DNA of 32,000 bases from positions 240,001 to 272,000 of the forward strand of contig NZ_CP007536.1 in the NCBI RefSeq assembly GCF_000698785.1. Direction: 5' to 3'. This DNA is from Nitrososphaera viennensis EN76. Lineage in GTDB: Archaea; Thermoproteota; Nitrososphaeria; Nitrososphaerales; Nitrososphaeraceae. The notes below the pieces were generated by a model that saw only the letters and a list, made by a program, of their open reading frames with translations, did not search any database and was not told the origin of the DNA. The translations under genes and the position numbers were made by a program. This document shows, in pieces, positions 24,389 through 32,000 of this stretch (positions are counted from its first letter, which is position 1; the number at the start of each line of letters is the position of its first letter).

Positions 24389-24400
24389 CCGGGCCCGCTT
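24389..24400 (+). repeat. attR core (CCGGGCCCGCTT)
   Basis: Exact copy of 18970-18981. A 7-bp inverted repeat GTCCGAA..TTCGGAC lies just inside it (24335-24362). Confidence 0.6.
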
Positions 24401-24407
24401 CTCTTTT

Positions 24408-24977
24408 TTACCTCCTTGACAAGAGTGCATACGCCCCGCCGACCGCGTAGGCTATGGCTATCAGTATCCTTGAAACCATGACTGCGACGTCCTGATGCGT
24501 AGCAAAGAGCGAGCTGTCTATCACAAAGGCGACAGGCAGGGCCACAAGCGAAATGGCGCCCACCAGCAGTTGCTCTGTGTTGTTCTGGCCGCTGTACTTT
24601 CTCATCATGATGTAGGTGGAGAGGTTGCCAAGGCCGATGCCCAGCAGGATGAGATACTGGTAGAGGGAAGGAAACGCGCTGATGGCCGCAAACGGCCCTG
24701 CCCAGGATATGCCGTTTATTGCTTTTGCCGAAGTCGACCACTTGATGCTGTTCTTCATGCGCCCCCGAATGGCCGGGATTGCCTTGCGAAAGCGCGGACC
24801 TGCGGCTGCAAGGACCGCGCCGAAACTTCCCCCCCATATCACTGCGTACCAGTAGGCAGACATACTGTTGGTTGCGGCAAGCTCTGAAAGGACAGAGCCG
24901 GCGCCAACGGCCGCTGACACTGCCACGAAAAGAACGCCAAACGCCCGTCTGGTCTGGAGCGCCGAGTTTTCCAACAC
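24408..24977 (-). CDS. integral membrane protein, unknown function
   Basis: 189 aa with about 6 hydrophobic segments. G+C-rich like the core genes. Confidence 0.55.
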   Translation of the reverse strand: MLENSALQTRRAFGVLFVAVSAAVGAGSVLSELAATNSMSAYWYAVIWGGSFGAVLAAAGPRFRKAIPAIRGRMKNSIKWSTSAKAINGISWAGPFAAISAFPSLYQYLILLGIGLGNLSTYIMMRKYSGQNNTEQLLVGAISLVALPVAFVIDSSLFATHQDVAVMVSRILIAIAYAVGGAYALLSRR

Positions 24978-25052
24978 CCGGTATGGGCGGGATATCTAAT
25001 TTAAAGCAAATTGTGAAAATAATGAAAGGAGAGAAAGAGTGGGCAAAAGCCC

Positions 25053-27176
25053 TTACTTTGCCGCGCCGGACACCTTGGCCCATCTGGCCATCGCGCCTGC
25101 CGCCGTGACCCACTCGATTACCGAGTGGTAGACTGGCACGTTGGCATCTTCGATGCGCTTTGAGATGTTCCTGGTGAACGGTCCTCCCATCGCGCCGATG
25201 AGTATGGGCTTTTTCTTTTGCTTTTGGAACGACGCAAGCACGTCAACGATCGTCTCTTCAAGCGGGTCGTCCTGGAAGACGAACCACGGCATGATGATGT
25301 CGACGTTGGGGTCGTCCATGAACGCCTGTATCGCAAAGCGGTAGTCGTCGGCGTTTGCAGAGCCTGTGATGTCGCACGGGTTGCCGATGACGTAGGTCGC
25401 CGGGTAGTGCTCCTTGAACGCCTTCTTGGTCTGATCTGACAGTTCTGCGACCTGCAGGCCGAGGCGCTCAAAGTTGTCAATCGCCGCGATTATTGGCCCT
25501 GCGCCGTTTGTGACCATTGCCACGCGGCTTCCCTTTGGCACCGGCTGCCAGTTCAGCGCCTTTAGTGCTGCTGTAAGTTCTTCATAGCTGTCAGCCCCGA
25601 TGATGCCTGCCTGGTCCAGCGCGCCTTTCACGACGCCGTACGAGCCTCCAAGCGATCCCGTGTGAGAAGCCGCCTGCTTGGCGCCCCTTGCACTCCTGCC
25701 GTTCTTGAATACTACTATTGGCTTTTTGCGCTCTGTGATGACCTTCTTGGCTGTGTTCATGAACTTGCGTCCGTCGCCGAGGCCCTCCACGTACAGGCCG
25801 ATTACCTTGGTGTTTGGATCTTCAGAGAGGTACCAGATCATGTCTGCCTCGTCCACGTCGGACCTGTTGCCGTACGAGATCATCTTGCTCATGCCAAAGA
25901 CGTCGGAACTTTCCATGAAGGCGATGCCGACCGTCCCGCTCTGGGAGAGGAACGCGACGTTGCCGTTCTTGGGGCGAAGCATCCTTGCGTGGCCTTGGAA
26001 CGCGCAGTCGAGGCGGTTTGCGCCGTTGAACATGCCGATGCAGTTGGGGCCGATGATCCTTATCTTCAGTTCCCGTGACAGCTTCTTTACCTCTGCCTCG
26101 ATGGCCGCGCGCTCGCCTCCAAGCTCCTTGCCTCCGCCGGAAATTACTACAAAGTTGTGGATGCCCTTCTTTGCCGCCGACCTCATGAGGTCCGGGACGA
26201 ACTTCAGGTCTACCGTCACGACCACGAGCTCGACGTTTTCAGAGATGTCGTCGAGGCTCTTGTACGCCTTGATGCCCATGATTTCTGGGTAGCCCTTGGC
26301 GTTTACCGGGAACACCTTGCCCTTGTAGTCGTGCTTGACCATGCTCTCAAGAACCGAGTTGCCGACCTTTCCTGCCTCCGGCGACGCGCCAATGAGCGCA
26401 ATCGACTTGGCATTGAAGAACAGGTCCATGTACGAGGAGTCAGGCTGCGCCCTGGACACGGCGTTTGCGTCGACTGCCTGCCTGAGGATTATCTTGGCGT
26501 CGACTACGTAATAGTCCTTCTCGTAGAATATCACGGGGTTAAAGTCGATGCTCTCGTAGTAGGATGCCATCTCTGTGCCGAGGTTGCCGATGCTCACAAG
26601 GGCGTTTGCAATCATGTCCTTGTCGACCGGGGCCGCGCCGCGGAACCCTTCGAGGATCTTCTTGCCCTTGAGGTCGTTTATCATGTCCAGCGCGTCCTGC
26701 TTTGTAATCGGCAATACTCTGAACGCGACGTCCTTGAAGACCTCAGTGTAGATGCCTCCGATTCCGACCATGATAATCGGGCCAAACTGGGGGTCGTTCT
26801 GCAGGCCGACAATGAGCTCTGCGCCTGGTGGCACCATCTTTTCAAGGAGCACGCCCTTGACCGTGTTGTATTGTTTTGACAGCCTGCCGTGCATGTCGCT
26901 AAAAGCGTCCTTGACCTGTGCCTCGTTCTGCAGGCCGACCTTGACACCCTTGACGTCTGTCTTGTGCAGGATCTCGGGCGACACTATCTTGGCGACAAGC
27001 GGAAAGCCCATCGCCTTGGCCTTGCCTGCGGCATCTGCCTCGCTTGTGACAAGCGCGTACGGCGGCACCTTGACACCGTACTCTGTCAAAACCTGTTTAG
27101 CCAATTCTTCTGTGATTACTTTTTCCTTGGTTGCAAAAACATCATCAAAGATCTTTTGGACCTTTTGATTCGCCAT
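25053..27176 (-). CDS. ADP-forming acyl-CoA synthetase (NDP-forming), fused beta-alpha arrangement
   Basis: N-terminal ATP-grasp ([26 protein letters not shown]), then CoA-binding [31 protein letters not shown], the phospho-His loop SHTGSLGG, and a ligase-CoA C-terminal domain. 707 aa. Confidence 0.88.
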   Translation of the reverse strand: MANQKVQKIFDDVFATKEKVITEELAKQVLTEYGVKVPPYALVTSEADAAGKAKAMGFPLVAKIVSPEILHKTDVKGVKVGLQNEAQVKDAFSDMHGRLSKQYNTVKGVLLEKMVPPGAELIVGLQNDPQFGPIIMVGIGGIYTEVFKDVAFRVLPITKQDALDMINDLKGKKILEGFRGAAPVDKDMIANALVSIGNLGTEMASYYESIDFNPVIFYEKDYYVVDAKIILRQAVDANAVSRAQPDSSYMDLFFNAKSIALIGASPEAGKVGNSVLESMVKHDYKGKVFPVNAKGYPEIMGIKAYKSLDDISENVELVVVTVDLKFVPDLMRSAAKKGIHNFVVISGGGKELGGERAAIEAEVKKLSRELKIRIIGPNCIGMFNGANRLDCAFQGHARMLRPKNGNVAFLSQSGTVGIAFMESSDVFGMSKMISYGNRSDVDEADMIWYLSEDPNTKVIGLYVEGLGDGRKFMNTAKKVITERKKPIVVFKNGRSARGAKQAASHTGSLGGSYGVVKGALDQAGIIGADSYEELTAALKALNWQPVPKGSRVAMVTNGAGPIIAAIDNFERLGLQVAELSDQTKKAFKEHYPATYVIGNPCDITGSANADDYRFAIQAFMDDPNVDIIMPWFVFQDDPLEETIVDVLASFQKQKKKPILIGAMGGPFTRNISKRIEDANVPVYHSVIEWVTAAGAMARWAKVSGAAK

Positions 27177-27215
27177 ATTGAATCTGAGGAAAAGCTTCTC
27201 AAGCTTCTTTTATAG

Positions 27216-27914
27216 TTACCTAAGCATCGCTGTAAAGTTTCTATACACAACTTTGCACTTTTTTTCAAGTTCTGACAGGTCGCCGAGAGCCGGGAGGATG
27301 CTTTTTGCGTCCACCTTTTCCGCCGTTACTTCCGCGTCGTACTCTTTCATCCAGCTCTTGATGAGGCGCTCATCGACTTCAAGGTGGAACTGGACGCCTA
27401 TCGCGCTGCCTACCTTGAACGCCTGCGGGTAGAGGTCGGTGTATGCCAGGACGGTTGCAGCTTCTGGCAGCTCGTAGGTGTCGCCGTGCCACTGGAACAC
27501 CCTCATCTTTTTCTCGTTAATGCCCGAGAACAGGCTCTTCCTTCCCTGCGGCGACAGGAGGACGTCGTGCCACCCTATCTCTTTTTTTGTGCCCTTGAAC
27601 ACCCGCCCGCCGGCCGCCTGCGCTATCAGCTGTGAGCCAAGGCACACCCCAAGGACTGGCACGCCATTCTTGATTGCATCCCTTATCAGGTCCTGTTCTT
27701 TTTGCAGGTATGGGAGATTGTCATAGACTGCCATCGGGCCTCCGAGAACGACAACTGCAGAGTACTCGGACGACTTGATGGGTATGCCTCCTTCCTGTGC
27801 ACTGACATTTTCGACCTCCAAGCCGTCCTTTCTGAACATGCCTTCAAGCGTGCCAAGCGTCTCGCACGCAATATTCTGGATGGAAAGGACCTTCTTCTTC
27901 AAGCATTTCTCCAT
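27216..27914 (-). CDS. class I glutamine amidotransferase-like protein
   Basis: VLGVCLGSQLIA (nucleophile elbow Cys), FQWHGD and VQFHLE (His/Glu). Start moved to ATG 27914 (MEKCLKKKV). Confidence 0.8.
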   Translation of the reverse strand: MEKCLKKKVLSIQNIACETLGTLEGMFRKDGLEVENVSAQEGGIPIKSSEYSAVVVLGGPMAVYDNLPYLQKEQDLIRDAIKNGVPVLGVCLGSQLIAQAAGGRVFKGTKKEIGWHDVLLSPQGRKSLFSGINEKKMRVFQWHGDTYELPEAATVLAYTDLYPQAFKVGSAIGVQFHLEVDERLIKSWMKEYDAEVTAEKVDAKSILPALGDLSELEKKCKVVYRNFTAMLR

Positions 27915-28000
27915 GCCGTGCCGGGCAGTATTATTGTTTATTGTGCCGCCGACATGGCACAAAAGTATTAAATCGCACTTGCGTTAAACTACAGCTGCCG

Positions 28001-28444
28001 ATGGGCTATCAGGCAAACGACGAGCAAGTCCTTGAGAAGCTGAGGCATTTTGTTGGCATGCTAAACGAAGAGTCTGAGCGGGGTTCTGTGATCGTCGTGG
28101 AGGGCAGGCGCGACGCCGAGGCGCTCTCAAGCATCGGCTTTACGGGAAGCCCTGCCGTGTTCCACAACTTCAAGGGCATAGCCGACTTTGTAGATTGCCA
28201 CTGCCACGGCCACGAGAAAAAAAAGATAATCCTGCTCCTTGACATGGACCGGACGGGCAAGTACCTCACAAGCAGGCTTCTCTCAAACCTACAGTCCCGC
28301 AGGAACCACGTCAGCCTCTTTTACAAGCACGCGCTTGCCAAGATAACAAACGGCAAGGTGAGGCACGTCGAGGACCTGTCTATATATGCCCCACAGATGG
28401 CCGGAGTGACCGGCGTCCGCAAGGACCTGTACTTTTACACCTGA
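28001..28444 (+). CDS. small stand-alone Toprim-domain protein
   Basis: VIVVEGRRDAEAL (Toprim Glu) and KIILLLDMDRTGKYL (DxD). 147 aa from ATG 28001. Confidence 0.7.
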   Translation: MGYQANDEQVLEKLRHFVGMLNEESERGSVIVVEGRRDAEALSSIGFTGSPAVFHNFKGIADFVDCHCHGHEKKKIILLLDMDRTGKYLTSRLLSNLQSRRNHVSLFYKHALAKITNGKVRHVEDLSIYAPQMAGVTGVRKDLYFYT

Positions 28445-28537
28445 CGTATCTCACGATACACAAAAGCACTTATATTCAAGCGACAGCGAATTTCAATCAG
28501 TTACGGACAAACTAGTAAACGAGGTTATGAAGAAAAA

Positions 28538-29971
28538 TTGCCTAGCACAGGAATCGTAAAGTATCATGTTAAGCTAAAGTTTGAAGTTGATGGTTTGGTC
28601 GAGAAGGCCGACATTATCGGTGCTATTTTTGGACAGACCGAAGGTCTCCTTGGACCTGAAATGAACCTCAACGAGCTGCAAAAGGTGTCAAAGGTTGGAC
28701 GAATTGAAGTAAACGTCGAGACAAAGGGCAACGTGGCCAAGGGCGACGCGCTGATACCCATGAGCACCGACATCTCTACCGCCGCGCTCATTGCCGCGGC
28801 TATAGAGAGCATCGACAAGGTCGGGCCGTTTCAGGCCAAGTTCCAGCTGATGGGCATAGACGACATCCGCGCCATCAAGAAAAAAGTCATCGTCGACAGG
28901 GCCAAGAAAATAGTCCAGGACTGGGCGACCAAGACCATATCCGAGGGCGAGGAGATGCTCAAGGACGTCTATGATGCAAGCAAGCCCGGCAAGCTCACGT
29001 CGTACGGCAAGGCACAGCTTGCGTGCGGGACCGGCGTTTTTGACGCAGAGTGGATAATACTCGTGGAAGGCCGCGCGGACGTCATCAACCTGCTCCGCGC
29101 AGGCTATGACAACGCGATTGCCATCGAGGGCGCCAAGATCGACGAGACTGTCGTAAAACTGACGGAAGGCAAGAAGGTGATCGCCTTCCTTGACGGCGAC
29201 AGGGCCGGCGACCTCATACTCAAAGAGCTGGCAGGCGTGGTCAAGATCGACAAGGTCCTCCGGGCACCTCCTGGAAGAGAAGTGGAAGAATGCACGCCTC
29301 TTGAAGTTGCCGAGATACTAAAAGATGCATACTCGACTGACGTTGCTACAAGGCCGCAGCAGCAGGAGTTTCCACCTGTGCAGCAGGAAGAGCGCAGGCA
29401 CGAGCGCCGTGACCGCGACGATCGTGGCGGAGGAGGATACCGTGACAGAAGGGACCGCGGAGGCTATGGAAGGAGGGACCGCGGGGGATACCGCGACAGA
29501 GGTGGCTACCGTGACCGCGACGACCGTGGCGGAGGAGGCTATGGCGGCAGAAGGGACGACTATCAAGACCGCGGCCGCGAAGAATACTCTTCTCCTGCAG
29601 CATCCGCGCAGGAAGAGCCCGCACAGGCGCCGGTTACGCCCGGACAGCCATCTGCATTGGCGGCGAACGACGCGCCCGAGCTCTTGACTGCGATCCGCGA
29701 CGTGTACCCGCAGATAAACGAGACGCTTGAGGCAGTAATCCTCGACGGCTCGATGAAGCAGCTGCTAAAGGTTCCGGTATCCGAGGTAATCAAGAGGCTG
29801 GACTCGGCCGAAGGTGCCAAGTACCTTGTAATCGACGGCATCGTGACCCAGAGGCTGGTCGAGGCCGCCGACAAGGCAGGCATCGAGTACGTCGTGGGCC
29901 ACAGGACCACGGGAGTCAAGCCAAGCGACATCAAGGTGCGGACCTTCGGCGACGTGGGCATCACGAACTAA
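28538..29971 (+). CDS. dnaG: archaeal DnaG (Toprim primase-like, exosome-associated) with RG-rich insert
   Basis: KYHVKLKFEVDGLVEKADIIGAIFGQTEGLLG..LNELQK.GRIEV is the conserved archaeal DnaG N-terminus. Toprim motifs ILVEGRADVINL and AFLDGDRAGDLI. C-terminal domain ..YLVIDGIVTQRLVEAADKAGIEYVVG. TTG start. Confidence 0.9.
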   Translation: MPSTGIVKYHVKLKFEVDGLVEKADIIGAIFGQTEGLLGPEMNLNELQKVSKVGRIEVNVETKGNVAKGDALIPMSTDISTAALIAAAIESIDKVGPFQAKFQLMGIDDIRAIKKKVIVDRAKKIVQDWATKTISEGEEMLKDVYDASKPGKLTSYGKAQLACGTGVFDAEWIILVEGRADVINLLRAGYDNAIAIEGAKIDETVVKLTEGKKVIAFLDGDRAGDLILKELAGVVKIDKVLRAPPGREVEECTPLEVAEILKDAYSTDVATRPQQQEFPPVQQEERRHERRDRDDRGGGGYRDRRDRGGYGRRDRGGYRDRGGYRDRDDRGGGGYGGRRDDYQDRGREEYSSPAASAQEEPAQAPVTPGQPSALAANDAPELLTAIRDVYPQINETLEAVILDGSMKQLLKVPVSEVIKRLDSAEGAKYLVIDGIVTQRLVEAADKAGIEYVVGHRTTGVKPSDIKVRTFGDVGITN

Positions 29972-30685
29972 ATGCCGGAAATAAAACTGCAGCACATACT
30001 GACGATGGTGCAGCTCCTGTCAAAGGGGGCGCGCCACAATTTTATCGAAGTGACCACTGCAGACCTTGGCAAGAACATCGGGAGGTCCCAGCAGGCTGCT
30101 TCAAAGCACCTTTTGGATCTGGAGACGGCAGGCTATATAGAACGGGTGAGGCGCGGCCAGAAATTCGCCGTGCGCGTGACTGACAAGGGCAATACCGAGA
30201 TCCAGAGCCTGTTCGCATCGCTAAAGTCGGCGCTTGAATCCGCGCCGGCCGCAATCGACTTTGAAGGAAGTGTCGTTTCAGGCATGGGCGAGGGCGCCTA
30301 CTACATGTCGCTTGAAGGCTACAAAAAGCAGTTCCTTGAAAAGCTGGGCTACGAGCCATACCCCGGCACGCTCAACGTGCGCCTTACAGATCAGGTGTAT
30401 ATGAACGCAAGGCGGGAGCTTGGGCGCCACCCGTCGATATTCCTTGAAGGCTTTTCCGACGGGACGCGCACGTACGGCTGGGTAAAATGCTACAGGGCAT
30501 CCATAAACGACGGCGCGATGGAAAACGCCGCCGTCCTTGTCTTGGAGCGGACGCACTATGACGACAGCATGCTTGAAGTCATTGCGCCGGTTTCAATAAA
30601 GGACGCGACCGGGATAAAGAACGGCGACAGGATAAAGGTGCAGGTAAGGATAGACAACAGTCATGGTCATCATCAGATGCCGTAG
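29972..30685 (+). CDS. ribK: CTP-dependent riboflavin kinase fused to an N-terminal wHTH domain (RbkR-type)
   Basis: N-terminal TTADLGKNIGRSQQAASKHLLDLETAGYIERV (HTH). C-terminal GSVVSGMGEGAYYMSLEGYKKQF..GYEPYPGTLNVRL..HYDDSMLEVIAP (archaeal riboflavin kinase fold). Confidence 0.85.
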   Translation: MPEIKLQHILTMVQLLSKGARHNFIEVTTADLGKNIGRSQQAASKHLLDLETAGYIERVRRGQKFAVRVTDKGNTEIQSLFASLKSALESAPAAIDFEGSVVSGMGEGAYYMSLEGYKKQFLEKLGYEPYPGTLNVRLTDQVYMNARRELGRHPSIFLEGFSDGTRTYGWVKCYRASINDGAMENAAVLVLERTHYDDSMLEVIAPVSIKDATGIKNGDRIKVQVRIDNSHGHHQMP

Positions 30686-31302
30686 ATGGTGTCGCCAAGC
30701 TCTTCTTTTATCTTGGACGATTTTGACCCCGGTATTGGTGTCGACAGCCTGATCACCTGCACGTTGAGGTTGCGCTTTTTGCAGTTCTCTGCAACATCCT
30801 TTTCGCTGTGCGCCTGATCGTAGCCAAGCGCAATCACGTCCGGCCTGACAAACTCGACTGTATCGTAGAGCGTCCCCTCTCTGCCGATGAGTGCAAGGTC
30901 GACAAAGCTGAGCGACTCTACAAGCTCTTTTCGGAGGCCTTCATCGTGGTAAATCTTGCGGTCTTTTTTTATCTTCAGCGCGGTGGCGGTCCTTGCGATG
31001 ACTACTACCAGCACGTCTCCCACCTCCTTTGCCGCCTTTAGCGTATGGATGTGGCCGGGGTGTATCAGGTCAAAGACTCCGCCTACTAGCACCACCTTGA
31101 GCGCGTCGCGGCCGATGAACGTCAACCTTGGCGGGTTGCTGCCCTTTTCAACCATGCCTTTTGCTACGAGGTGCTTTATCCGCTCTTCAAAGAATTTCTT
31201 ACCAACCGTCAGCTTTGTCCTGAGCCTGTCGTACGCCGGCACGGAAGGGTCAAGCGAGCTTGCGTAAATTGCAGCAAGTATGGACTTGTCTTCAGGCTCC
31301 AT
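30673..31302 (-). CDS. ribL: FAD synthase (RibL-type cytidylyltransferase-fold nucleotidyltransferase) with an N-terminal wHTH-like extension
   Basis: VVLVGGVFDLIHPGHIHTLKAAKEVGDVLVVVIARTATALKIKKDRKIYHDEGLRKELVESLSFVDLALIG closely follows the RibL pattern (GTFDxxHPGH ... ARDxT ... R.E.V..L..VD). An extra ~65 aa N-terminal domain is present (LVAKGMVEK..PPRLTFIG). Confidence 0.75.
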   Translation of the reverse strand: MEPEDKSILAAIYASSLDPSVPAYDRLRTKLTVGKKFFEERIKHLVAKGMVEKGSNPPRLTFIGRDALKVVLVGGVFDLIHPGHIHTLKAAKEVGDVLVVVIARTATALKIKKDRKIYHDEGLRKELVESLSFVDLALIGREGTLYDTVEFVRPDVIALGYDQAHSEKDVAENCKKRNLNVQVIRLSTPIPGSKSSKIKEELGDTIYGI

Positions 31303-31347
31303 CTATATGGTCTCCGAAAGCGACAGGTGGGTGTGGGGCTGCTAACT

Positions 31348-32000
31348 CTATAAATCATTCGACTTTTTTTGGGTCACGTAATAGTAGTTCAGCATGTCGC
31401 CCTCCACCTGCTTGACGTCTACGCTTCCAAAGCCTGCCTCTGCCAGCTTTTCCTTTGCCTTCTGCTCGCCCCACACGGTGCCAAGCCCTTCGCCACCGTA
31501 TGCAAGCGACACGGTCATGCAGTGCATGGTGGAAATCGTGTATAGCGTCGGCGCAAGCGTGTTCTGCATATTTTCATGCAGGCGGCTTGAAGCGGCAATG
31601 TCCTGCATCAAAAACGTGCCTCCCTTACGCAGCGCCCTGTAGATGCACTTGAGCACCTTGGTGGGCCTTGCCTGGTCATGTATCGTGTCAAACGCAGTGA
31701 TGAGGTCGAACTTTTCCCGGTCGTCTATCTTGGCAGCATCGACTATTTTGAACCGGGCGTTTTTGAGCTTCATCTTTTTTGCTTCTGCCCTTGCCGCACC
31801 GATGCCTTCCCTTGAAATGTCATAGCCCCAGAACCTGCTCTTTGGAAAGGTCCTTGCCATCAAGTTGATGGCATGTCCAGTGCCACAGCCGACGTCAAGC
31901 ACATCTATACCGGATTTGAGCCGGTCTGTCTGCCCTGCAAGCGGGAGTATGTCGCTTACCAGCCTTGCGTCAAACACGCGTGCAGTCTCTTCTGCCTGGA
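31348..32000 (-). CDS. class I SAM-dependent methyltransferase (5' end probably beyond the window)
   Basis: VLDVGCGTGHAINL (motif I), FDLITAFDTIHD, GGTFLMQD. The frame is still open at nt 32000, and the GTG at 31977 is only the track's first start. Confidence 0.75.
   Translation of the reverse strand, partial: QAEETARVFDARLVSDILPLAGQTDRLKSGIDVLDVGCGTGHAINLMARTFPKSRFWGYDISREGIGAARAEAKKMKLKNARFKIVDAAKIDDREKFDLITAFDTIHDQARPTKVLKCIYRALRKGGTFLMQDIAASSRLHENMQNTLAPTLYTISTMHCMTVSLAYGGEGLGTVWGEQKAKEKLAEAGFGSVDVKQVEGDMLNYYYVTQKKSNDL

Larger units (their letters stand above)
18970..24400 (+). mobile_element. integrated element (~5.4 kb) at the tRNA-Arg 3' end, probably decaying
   Basis: The 12-bp direct repeat CCGGGCCCGCTT occurs at 18970-18981 (tRNA 3' acceptor strand plus 4 nt) and at 24389-24400. 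A tyrosine integrase lies directly next to the tRNA. Cargo is hypothetical or wHTH genes plus a long iteron-bearing non-coding region. The right repeat lies 8 nt from the stop of an ordinary-looking membrane-protein gene. Confidence 0.65.

Noticed and set aside
24335-24430. Longer version of the 23690.. ORF starting at 24430 (MHSCQGGKKEKRARRF..)
   Set aside because: It would start outside the element and read across the attR repeat. The internal ATG at 24334 is more plausible, though neither start is verified.
24343-25113. 256-aa minus-strand ORF rich in Arg/Gly/His overlapping the membrane-protein gene and the acyl-CoA synthetase 3' end
   Set aside because: This out-of-frame translation overlaps the better-supported membrane protein (24408..24977) and crosses attR. 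Its composition is typical of a spurious frame.
1-32000. Searched by eye for CRISPR arrays, rRNA genes and long tandem repeats
   Set aside because: I saw no regularly spaced repeat-spacer structure and no rRNA-like sequence. The only periodic repeats are the TGGTACCA array and the 48-nt duplication inside dnaG.

Overview
The window looks like an archaeal chromosome segment. The gene set suggests a Nitrososphaera-type thaumarchaeon, but that is inference from motifs only, with no database search. Supporting genes are FEN1, archaeal DnaG, CTP-type riboflavin kinase, RibL, archease, class III PhaEC, a fused ADP-forming acyl-CoA synthetase and intron-containing tRNAs. Most of the window is ordinary, fairly G+C-rich core genome, with three accessory insertions. 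(1) About 2.4-6.1 kb is an AT-rich island whose only long ORF encodes a 1076-aa fused N-terminal nuclease-like / gamma-class N6-adenine methyltransferase / C-terminal specificity-type protein (type IIG architecture). Its putative nuclease motif reads D..E-x-E rather than D..E-x-K. (2) 10.80-11.50 kb is an intact IS6-family element with 16-bp terminal inverted repeats and a TTGCAAC target duplication. It sits between divergent JAB/MPN and PqqD-like genes. (3) 18.9-24.4 kb is a roughly 5.4-kb element integrated at the 3' end of an intron-containing tRNA-Arg(TCT). It is bounded by a 12-bp direct repeat (CCGGGCCCGCTT). It carries a tyrosine integrase that appears frameshifted, two wHTH genes and two putative secreted or anchored proteins. 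It also has a 1.25-kb region with no convincing protein-coding ORF, containing at least 10 copies of the palindromic 8-mer TGGTACCA plus duplicated promoter-like modules. I consider this the most interesting uncharacterised structure in the window. Other notable points are a tRNA-Ser(CGA) with two introns, an RGG/RDRGGY low-complexity insert with a 48-nt internal duplication inside DnaG, a small Toprim paralogue upstream of dnaG, wHTH fusions on both flavin-cofactor enzymes, and a C2H2 zinc-finger ORF too short for the ORF track. All functional calls rest on motifs recognised by eye. Coordinates of starts are best guesses.
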